Positions 54,611 through 64,000 of a stretch of DNA of 64,000 nt are shown here, one piece after another. The DNA is from Macrostomum lignano (Eukaryota), in contig NIVC01000655.1 of NCBI GenBank assembly GCA_002269645.1, positions 372,001 to 436,000 of the forward strand, read 5' to 3'. A program made the translations under genes and the position numbers. Position 1 is the first letter of the stretch; each line of letters begins with the position of its first letter. The notes beneath the pieces are model-generated. The model was given only the letters and a program-made list of their open reading frames with translations, was not told the origin of the DNA and did no database searches.

Positions 54611-55185
54611 GAGAGAGACGAAGAGAATGACGCAGCGTTGAATAGGGTGAAACTTGTCAGGTGCACATGCGCTGCACAATGGCTGTTTAAGCTAGTGGCT
54701 GAGAAGAGAAGAGAAGAGAACTGAGCCTGGAGCCTCCTTGCCCAGAAGAATCCTTCTCGCCAAGTGTACAGAAAAGCTGCTCTGCTGTAGCCCGCATACT
54801 GCATAGTCTCAAGGCCTTGCCAACCAAGTCTGGGCCTGCCTATATTGCAGCCCTTGGTATAGAGAGATAGGGAGGGAGAGAGGGAGAGACAGGCGGGGGC
54901 TGAGGGGCAGGCAGTGCGCTGTTGTCAAGGCCGCAGTACGCTGGGGTTAGAAACTGTGCAGGTAAAGAGCGAACTTGGGGCTGATGTGCCCACCCCACCG
55001 CGTCGGTCCATAGCAACGGAGTTTGAAGGCGGCCAGTTTAAAGCGACTCAAACGAGCCATTTATTTACCCTGCAAGGCCCAGAAAGAGATTGAAATTCTG
55101 CTGCAAATTAACGAGGCAGGTAAAAGCAATTCAAACTTGAAGCAGCGAAAGCAGCAGATCAGAAAGGAACAAAATCCAACAAGAG

Positions 55186-56460
55186 ATGCCGTCAAGCAGC
55201 GCTCTGTCCCAATCCTCCGGTGGTCGCCGGGCCCAGCAGCAGCGCTACCGGACCATCTGCCCGCACTCCACAGTCGACGAGAGTCTGTTCGGCGAGCCCC
55301 ATCGGGTCACTCAGCGCAAAGATCACCAGAAGCAACAGCAGGCGTCCGGTGGGGACGCCATCGAACGAGAGGCCGCCCAACGTCAGGCGCGTCGCCGTCA
55401 GCGTCTGAGCGGCAGCCCGCCTCGGGAGCGCGTCCAGGTGGTGACCAAAGACCTCATACGTGACCTGATCGTGCCGCACGAGGATCCGAGTGGCAACTCG
55501 CTGGTGCTGCCGTTCTCCGAGTACCTGCGCATTAAGGCCAAGAGCCGCTTCTCGACCGAGGAGGAGCGCGAGGCGCAGCACCAGGCCGCCAAGAGGCACG
55601 AGGAGGAGGAGCAGGACGCCGTGATGCAGCGCAAGAACAAATTCAAGCAGCTGGACGTGAGCAGGAAGAAGAGCGAGAAGCTCACGGATCTGGAGGAGGA
55701 GGCCAAGGAGAAGGCGGAGCACCTGCTGCAGAAGGCGATGCTGCAGCGTCAGGAGCAGGAGGACGAGATCAAGCGGCTCAACGAGCTCATTCTCAATGCC
55801 AAATGCCACGCCATCCGCGACGCCCAGATTCTCGAGCGCGAGGAGATGGGCCGCGAACTACGCGACGAGGAGGTGCGTCTGGACGAGATGATGGAGATCG
55901 ACAGGCGCAACGCCATCCGCATCCAGGAGGAGATCGAGAAGAAGCGGCGCGAGAACGAAATGGTCGGCGCCTCGAAGATTGTGGAGCAGATTCACGAGAA
56001 CGAGCAGGACAAACTGCTCGAACTCGAGCGCAAAGATCAGGAGAACGTGGCCATGGCCAAGTACCTGGAGCGCCTGATGGAGGAAGAGAAGGTGAAGCTG
56101 GAGCGGAAGCGAGCTGAGCAGGACCGGTTGAGAGAGGAACTCAACAAAGCCAACGAAGAAATCATGAAGCGCAGGGAGGTCGTGAAGGTCCAGGAGAAGG
56201 CCCTGGAGGAGAAGGTGCTGCAGTTCCAGCGCGACAAAGCCGAAAGGGAGGCCGCCTACGAGGCGGAGCAGGAACGAATCAAGGCCGAGAAGGAAAAGGA
56301 GGTGGCCCGACTCCGCGCTATGCAGGAGCGGGCGAGCGACGAGCAGGCTGAGCGGGACGCGCTGAGGGCGAAGCGGGCGGCTGAGGCAGCCGAACGCGAG
56401 TGGCGCCGCAAGGAGGCCGAGGAGGCCCTGAAGAGGAAAGAAGTGGAGGCCGACCTGCAG
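55186..56460 (+). CDS. CFAP45: Cilia- and flagella-associated protein 45 (CCDC19), exon 1
   Basis: RYRT...VDESLFG, VP.EDPSG.SL, ILNAKCHAIRDAQILE and ARLRAMQE.A...QAE.DALRAKR match recalled CFAP45; donor cag|gtgagt. Confidence 0.95.
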
Positions 56461-56534
56461 GTGAGTTTTTCACTTCACTTTAGTTGTTCAGTTGTTATAG
56501 GATGTTTAATCCCCCCGTCCCTAAACTCGTTCCC

Positions 56535-56995
56535 GTCACAAACCCTCAGAACCCCAGCCCCGCCACAGCCTACACCCCGGAATTTCTACCCCAGCCCCGC
56601 CACAGCCTACACCCCAGAATTCCTACCCCAGCCCCGTCACAGCCAGCCCCCTCAGAACTCCTACTCCAGCCCCGCCACAGCCTACACCCCAGAATTCCTA
56701 CCCCAGCCCCGTCACAGCCAGCCCCTTCAGAACTCCTACCCCAGCCCCGCCACAGCCTACACCCCAGAATTCCTACCCCAGCTTCGTCACAGCCAATCCC
56801 TCAGAACTCCTACCCCAGCCCCGCCACAGCCAACCCCCCAGAACTACTAGACCCGGCCTCGACACAGTTAACCCTGCCCCTTCCCTGCCACAGACAACCC
56901 CAAGAAGTCCTCTCCCAGACCCGCCATAATCAACTCCCGAACTCCGAATCCCAGCCCCGTCACAGCCAACCCCCCGGACTCCTACCCAGCCCAGC
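56535..56995. repeat. C-rich 37/38-bp minisatellite in the CFAP45 intron
   Basis: Alternating ccccagccccgccacagcctacaccccagaattccta and ccccagccccgtcacagccagcccc.tcagaactccta. Confidence 0.85.
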
Positions 56996-57032
56996 TTAAC
57001 CGCGCCCCAACCTGTGACCTGCACACTCCCAG

Positions 57033-57422
57033 GAGGCCCGGGCGGCTCAGCTGTCCCAGAAGCAGCACTTCTTGGCGGCGCAGGCGGCTCGCGAGCGCGC
57101 GGAATTCGAGCGAGTCCTGAAAGCCCAGAAGGAGCTGATTGAGAAGGACAAGCGTGAAGAGGCCGATCACGACGTTCGCCGGAGAAAATACAACGACGAA
57201 ATCCGTCGCCAGATTCAGCAGAAGGAGCGCGAAAAGATCCAGGAGCGCAACGCATTCTTCGAGGAGGCAGTTAAGACCGATGAGGAGGCCAGACTGCGCA
57301 GGATGCGGCTTGAGGAGGCCAAGAATCGCAAATTGGCCGAACTGCGCGCGGCCGGCATCCCGGAGAAATACCTGGCCCAGGTGGAGCGCAAGATTCACCA
57401 GCCGCAGCACGTTTCCTCGTGA
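57033..57422 (+). CDS. CFAP45: CFAP45, exon 2
   Basis: Acceptor cacactcccag; EARAAQL...EFERVLKAQ...KLAELRAAGIPEKY..VERK*; phase 0. Confidence 0.93.
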   Translation, partial: EARAAQLSQKQHFLAAQAARERAEFERVLKAQKELIEKDKREEADHDVRRRKYNDEIRRQIQQKEREKIQERNAFFEEAVKTDEEARLRRMRLEEAKNRKLAELRAAGIPEKYLAQVERKIHQPQHVSS

Positions 57423-58294
57423 ACAGAACAAAATAATATTAATTTGTAATTTTGTAGTAGCAGGGGTTTGGCTTACAAAACATATTGGGAATTTTTATGT
57501 CTCCTGATGCTGTTCCCGTTCTCTTTCCTCCGTGTCTCTTAGCCCCGTCGTCCGATTCTGTCCGTCCCGGAGTTTTTTAATAAAAAAAATTCTATCGTTT
57601 TGTTATAATACGAACTATAACGAACTATAGACGCATTATAACAAAAATGGTTGCTTTGCTTGTCATAATAAAAAATTCAATTTTCATTCACTTTATAAGC
57701 ATTGGTCTTTGAAGTGAAAAATCTGTTGAAAACTTTGTCACGAAATAATAATTTAAATCTACGGGATTTCTTAAAATGCGTATTATTTTAAACAAAATTT
57801 CCGTATTGGTCTGATTTGGATCATTTATTTGTACTTTTTCCGCCGAAACTGAAGCGTCAACAAATTTTAATAAAGGAAGCAAGTTTAGAAAACTTTCATG
57901 CTTCGCCCCTGTTAAGTTCTCAAGCTCTTGAGTTGAGTACCGAATAACTCATTGGCCAGGAAAAGGAAATTAAAGTTAATTTCAACGTTCGAATTTCGTA
58001 GTAGTGATTGCCTTATCGTGATCTTGTATTGTTGTCAGAAGTTTCTTCTACCAGTTGCAAAATTCATTTTTTACAATCCCACTAACGTCTGGCCTTAAAA
58101 TTGTGAACCCAAAGTAAATTTTTATTGCCACAGAGCCTTATAATACTCGTATATGAAATCCCAGCTCTTACTGCGTCTTATCAAACAGCAAAGCAAACCA
58201 ATTGTACATGCGTAGAATGAAGTTAAACAAATATATGAATTTTGTTCTGAAGCCATAAATCTTTTCGATTTTACGTTGCAATTCTCTTCAGTGA

Positions 58295-58945
58295 ATTCGG
58301 GCGATTCTCATGAGTGAATTCTGGGCGATTCTCATGAGTGAATTCGGGCGATTCTCATGAGTGAATTCGGGCGAATCTCATGAGTGAATTCTGGGCGATT
58401 CTCATGAGTGAATTCGGGCGATTCTCATGAGTGAATTCGGGCGAATCTCATGAGTGAATTCTGGGCGATTCTCATGAGTGAATTCTGGGCGATTCTCATG
58501 AGTGAATTCGGGCGATTCTCATGAGTGAATTCGGGCGAATCTCATGAGTGAATTCGGGCGAATCTAATGAGTGAATTCTGAGCGATTCTCATGAGTGAAT
58601 TCGGGCGATTCTCATGAGTGAATTCTGGGCGATTCTCATGAGTGAATTCTGGGCGAATCTCATGAGTGAATTCTGGGCGATTCTCGTGAGTGAATTCGGG
58701 CGATTCTCATGAGTGAATTCGGGCGATTCTCATGAGTGAATTCTGGGCGAATCTCATGAGTGAATTCTGGGCGATTCTCGTGAGTGAATTCGGGCGATTC
58801 TCATGAGTGAATTCGGGCGATTCTCATGAGTGAATTCTGGGCGATTCTCATGAGTGAATTCTGGGCGATTCTCATGAGTGAATTCCGGGCGATTCTCACG
58901 AGTGAATTCCGGGCGATTCTCATGAGTGAATTCCGGGCGATTTTC
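58295..58945. repeat. 23/24-bp palindrome-rich minisatellite
   Basis: Unit gaattc(t)gggcgattctcatgagt, about 27 copies. Confidence 0.93.
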
Positions 58946-59279
58946 ATGGATGGATTGGGGGAGAGAGTCACAGCAATGTCAAATACCGGGTATTTGCCCC
59001 TCAAAAGACCCTTTTGAGAATTTTCACAGCATGGGAATACTATGTATGTAGTTATTTTCAAGTTCAAATTAGGTCAACTCTCGAAACAGATCATGCTGAA
59101 TGTGCATCGTAAATCTTAGGTTAAGCTTCGGCTTTTGAGAATCCTAGCTTTTAAGGGATTTAACTCGCAACAGATGAGGAAAGCTGCATTGAGTTCTTGC
59201 AGATTTGTGACTCCGAGGTGGTAATCAAGAGTTTCTTAAAACACTATGGGTAGTGAAGTAACTTGGCTCAAGTCACAAA

Positions 59280-62200
59280 CCCAGTGAAAAAAATGATATG
59301 GATTCCATGTGGATTTTTCATATGAAATCCATATGTGCATTTGTCTCCGTCCATCCATGTGGAATCAAGATATGGATTCCACATGGAAGATCCACATGGA
59401 AGTAATTATGTATTTCACATAGAATCCACATTGTCATTGAGTAAGCAGCCATTATACTGGTTGCCATAATAAATTGTTGCATCCTAAATCTCAAAATAAT
59501 ACCAGATCTCAAAATTTCATACAAACCCCAGATCTCAATACCATATAAAAGAAACTGAAACACAGATAAAACATTAGCTATAGCCAAAAATATTTCTGCA
59601 CAAAAATATATTCAAAAAGGATGTATCAATAAGTAAGGTGTATTTATGTACAGTAGTGAGTCACTAGCACACAAAGAATAAACACACTGATGTAGATATT
59701 GATATCTTTAGAGTTGCGCTGCGCATATGATATAATATATAATTTGAAATTGACATTGTCAATAGCATTAATTAATTAACAATAATATAATGCACCAAAA
59801 TTAGAACAGTCAGAAACATGCTGCTGCCAATCGCCAGAATGCTGCTTCTTCAGGTCAGGTGAGCAACCTTAGAAAAGAAAGGGGTTAAATTACAGAATTT
59901 TATAACAGATTGATAATAGATTTTGTAATAGATTTTGATAGATTTTGATCTTATAACAGATTTTGATGACAGAAAAAATCAGTTTATAACTAAAACTTAC
60001 CATTGCTTCACAAAAGGTAGCATTCGAGATATTAAATTCCAATTCCAAGTAGCTTTGCATGCTTCTTCAAAGGCAAGACCAAGGTGACATCCAAGTTTGA
60101 GGATGGGCCATGTAATGTTAGGCATGCATGAAATAGAAAAATAATTGTTGCCAATTAAGATTGATAGATAATATTGATATAATTCATAAAACTAATTTAA
60201 GGATGAATACTTAATAAAGTTTATTTTAAAATTAACTAGGCCTAAGTCCTAGGTTTATTTTTTAAGCGCAAAGTGTGCCAGGGGTTAGCGAAATGGGCAG
60301 CAATGCCTCCTCGCTGTTTCCGGATGCACAGAGCCCCCTGCAGCTAAGTCAAGTAAGTCAAGTGCACCCTAAATCTTAAAATTGTACCTTGAAAACTGAA
60401 ATTAAAAAGTTGATACAGTTAAGTTGCGATCTCATTACCTATTTTTATGTTGAAGCCTTATTTGCATTGCCTTTATATAAGAAAAAAAAGAAACTGCATT
60501 CTAAGCCTTAAAATCATAAAACCCTAAAAGTGAGCATAGGGTATGATTTTGCACCTTGTCTCTAGCAAAAAAGAAAACCCTACCTAAGTCAATCAATAAA
60601 ATAAAATAAATAAAATTAAAATCATAAGTATAAAAATAATTAATATATGTTTCTATAAATTTAATTTTTTATTTTAAAATTGATTTGAGACTATAAAGTA
60701 TATAGGCAAAGCAATGCGTTTTTCATATTTGCAGGCCTAGTATGACTAAAAGGGGGGCCGTAGCCAAGTGGTAGCGCAGCTGCTCTGGTGTGCCAGCGAC
60801 CCAAGCTTGAATCCAAGTGCAGTCATATTAATTTGGGGCTGAATTGGAATCTCAGCTTGGCTCTCTGCTCATGCAATTAATGGCCTTGAGAGCCAACCCC
60901 CCAAGGCACAGTGAAGTATACATGCCTAACGATAAATAAAGCTAGGGCCGCTGTACATTCCTATGTGAGTGTGCTTGCATACATATCCAAATACTTGTGT
61001 GCCTGCTCAGGGGAGTCGGCGGAATGGGCAGCAATGCCTCTTGCCAGTTGTGTGCCTATGTCGCTTAAAGTGTGCCAGGGTGCACACAACCCCCTGCCTC
61101 TAATAAAAAAGTAGTATAATCAAACATTAGGCCTAGGCCTAACCTAAGCCTAAATAGCTATGCCCTATGGCTTAAAATTAAATTCTGGATTTGGCCTAAA
61201 TCAGATCAAATTTACAATAATCATTCTTTATTTTTATTAGCAACCTTAGGGATCTGCTAGGCTAGCTATGCCAAAAGCAAGTTGCAAGTGTAATTGCAAA
61301 GAATTATTTATTATAATTAATAATATTGTTTTTAAAAATGCAACAAGTCCAAAAGATGCTAACAGACTTTTTTGAAGAAAATCATAAATTAATTGATTTT
61401 TAACATATTAACTAGATTGACTAGTCACAATTCACAAAGTCAAGCTAGTCCTAACCTTAATTAAAATAGAAGGACCTAAATTGATAGTTATAGCAGGCCT
61501 AGCTTAAAATACACCTATTAAGCATATATATAAATAGATAGGACTAATAGGTAGGACTAAGAGGAAATTATGAACTTCTAAAGGCCTATTTAAGTTAAAA
61601 AAATGAGTAGGCCCTAGCCAATCTATGGACATGGCCATGGGATTCCTAGAAATTGGAGGCCTAGGCCTAAATAAATTTATCATGGATTTTACCAAAAGTA
61701 TTAGGCCTATCTATGATAAAATACTGATTTATCTAATTTCTAATCTCATGGAGGCTATGGCCTGATAAGTTATTGCCTATAGGCTAGGTCTACTAAAATT
61801 TTTAAGGTGCTTAAATAGCCATAAACAAGGCAATTTATCTTTCAAGGCCTTGAATCAAAACATTGACGAATATAAAATAAAATAAATTTAATTTTAAAAA
61901 GCACGAAGCGTTTTTTATTGTTCACTTCTATTTTGTCTATTTTAACAAACAGTGTCTTATTTGCCGATTATAATTTAGCTTTAAGATATTAATTATTACT
62001 TTAAAACATATAAATATAATAATGAATTATAGTAATTTCCTAAAAATGTCTGAATGTGGTGTATCACAGTTTTTTACCGAAGTGGATTCCATGTTGAATC
62101 AATATACGCTTATTTCTCATGAATTCCTTGTAAAATCCACATCAACATTTGGACAGTAAAAATAAAAAAATAATGCATAAAAAATACTTTGCATACCATT

Positions 62201-62302
62201 ATGACATCTTTAAGTTAATAATTTGCAAAAAATAAAGAAACATTTAAATTCCACATGGCCACGTGGAACCCACGTGGAATCCATGAATCATTTTTCACTG
62301 GG
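59280..62302. mobile_element. Non-autonomous CMC/EnSpm-like DNA transposon, copy 2, inverted relative to copy 1
   Basis: Reverse complement of 52019-54610 along its length with substitutions and indels; intact TIRs; 2-bp TSD aa; carries extra insertions. Confidence 0.82.
60752..61110 (+). mobile_element. tRNA-derived SINE nested in transposon copy 2
   Basis: Head has an A box (tagccaagtgg) and a degenerate B box (gcttgaatcc); A-rich tail taataaaaaa; flanked by degenerate 13-bp repeats of the site tagtatgattaaa, which is single in copy 1. Confidence 0.7.
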
Positions 62303-62509
62303 AAAGAGATAATTATACATAGCGAGTTATACTTAGCCCTGTTTAGGTTCCTTTGCTCAAGAGCAAGCATGGATAAGAGTAACAATTATGAAGTTTAGTG
62401 AGTCCTTTTTTAGCCAAGCAGTGCTTGATTATATACTTTAGCATAGCCAGTAGGACAGACCAAGGGCAAACCGACAGACGGGAAGATACAGAATGGAGAC
62501 GGGGGCGTT

Positions 62510-63385
62510 TCAAAAGCTCGAAACCTCACAACCACAAGCTCGAAACCCCACAATCGCAAGCTCAAAACCTCACATTCTCAAGCTCGAAACATCACAATCT
62601 CAAGCTTGAAACCTCACAATCTCAAGCTCGAAACATCACAATCTCAAGCTTGAAACATCACAATCTCAAGCTCGAAACGTCACAATCTCAAGCTCGAAAC
62701 ATCACAATCACAAGCTCGAAACGTCACAATCTCAAGCTCGAAACATCACAACCACAACGAATAAATGTCACAACCACAACGAAGAAACGTCACAACCACA
62801 ACGAAGAAACGTCACAATCTCAAGCTCGAAACGTCACGATCTCAAGCTCGAAACGTCACAATCTCAAGCTCGAAACGTCACAATCACAAGCTCGAAACTT
62901 CACAACCACAAGCTCGAAACGTCACAATCTCAAGCTCGAAACGTCACAACCACAACGAAGAAACGTCACAATCAAGAAACGTCACAATCAAGAAACGTCA
63001 CAACCACAACGAAGAAACGTCACAACAACAACGAAGAAACGTCACAACCACAACGAAGAAACGTCACAACCACAACGAAGAAACGTCACAACCACAACGA
63101 AGAAATGTCACAACCACAACGAAGAAACGTCACAACCACAACGAAGAAACGTCACAATCTGAAGCTCGAAACCCCACAATCGCAAGCTCGAAACATCACA
63201 ATCTCAAGCTCGAAACATCACAATCTCAAGCTTGAAACATCACAATCTCAAGCTCGAAACGTCACAATCTCAAGCTCGAAACGTCACAATCACAAGCTCG
63301 AAACTTCACAACCACAAGCTCGAAACGTCACAATCTCAAGCTCGAAACGTCACAACCACAACGAAGAAACGTCACAAGCTCGAAA
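62510..63385. repeat. Modular 21/22-bp minisatellite (aagctcgaaacgtcacaatctc and aacgaagaaacgtcacaaccac)
   Basis: Two related modules in mixed blocks; source of the SSKRHNLKLET ORFs. Confidence 0.9.
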
Positions 63386-64000
63386 TTCACAATCGTGGAA
63401 AACCATAGAATAGTCTTGTCGGCTGACAGTTTAAAATGAATTCGATAATGTGAAATTTGAGCTTGTCTGTCAGCGACCGAACCGAGACAGACAAAGCATT
63501 CCGACTGAAAACGGACACAAAATGAAGCAACAAGGACGCCAGCTAGCAGGTTCCGACAAAAAGAGTAAAGAGAAAAGTTGGTTTGCAGTCTTTTGGAATT
63601 CAATTCGCATTAAAATGAAAATGCAGAGCTAAAAGAAGCCGTGCAGCATGCAGTTGCACCAGTCACCCTTAATAACAGTTAAATGAGGCATGGGTAAGTA
63701 GGCAAGGAAGGGAAGCGAGGGCACCTGTCGATCTGGCCAGGCAAGCAAGATTTCGCTTCAAACAGCAAGAAAATGAGCACGAACCACGAGCAAGCCCGCT
63801 CAGTGTAATTCCGATTCCTGACTTTGTTTCGGAAAATTACCTTGGGTCATCATCGATTGGATTATTTGTTTTCTCAGCAGCGCACTGCTCGTTCGTGTGC
63901 GAAAATCCTCGCCGTTGTCTCTTCATGGACAGTTCCGATTCAGACAAAGAAATCGCCGCGGTAAGGTGAGCTTGCACACAGCTGCTCAAATGATTCTGCG

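Noticed and set aside
56461-56850. Pro-rich C-terminus of the 554-aa CFAP45 ORF
   Set aside because: Read-through into the intron; the conserved C-terminus is in exon 2 at 57033-57422.
60752-60826. Functional tRNA gene
   Set aside because: Stems do not pair cleanly and the B box is degenerate; it is the head of a TSD-flanked SINE.
63925-63960. Possible first coding exon MDSSDSDKEIAA followed by gtaagg
   Set aside because: Too short and truncated by the window end to support a call.

Overview
Eukaryotic, intron-containing animal DNA with very dense simple and tandem repeats. A free-living flatworm such as Macrostomum is my inference from the animal USP gene, GC-rich coding exons in AT-rich spacers and huge (AGAC)n/(AGAT)n tracts; it is not proven. 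By hand-splicing I reconstruct seven protein-coding genes: ARL14EP-like (-), SLC7A6OS/Iwr1 (+), LAMTOR4 (+), EB1/MAPRE (+, 4 exons over 10 kb), a universal stress protein (+), an orexin/allatotropin-type GPCR (-, 4 exons) and CFAP45 (+). Almost every intron is inflated by its own minisatellite, and most long ORFs in the track are repeat artefacts. Mobile DNA includes a hAT MITE with a perfect 8-bp TSD, a decayed Merlin/IS1595-like transposase, and two inverted copies of a 2.6-3 kb non-autonomous CCC...GGG (CMC/EnSpm-like) element bracketing CFAP45, one carrying a tRNA-derived SINE. The most notable oddities are a 2192-bp tandem duplication of the GPCR terminal exon bounded by (AGAC)n, one 28-bp minisatellite shared by introns of two unrelated genes, higher-order repeats in EB1 introns, a TTAGGG-bearing intronic minisatellite, and a possible SLC7A6OS-LAMTOR4 trans-spliced operon. 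I found no clearly new enzymatic or defence system. Gene identities come from recalled family motifs, not database searches.
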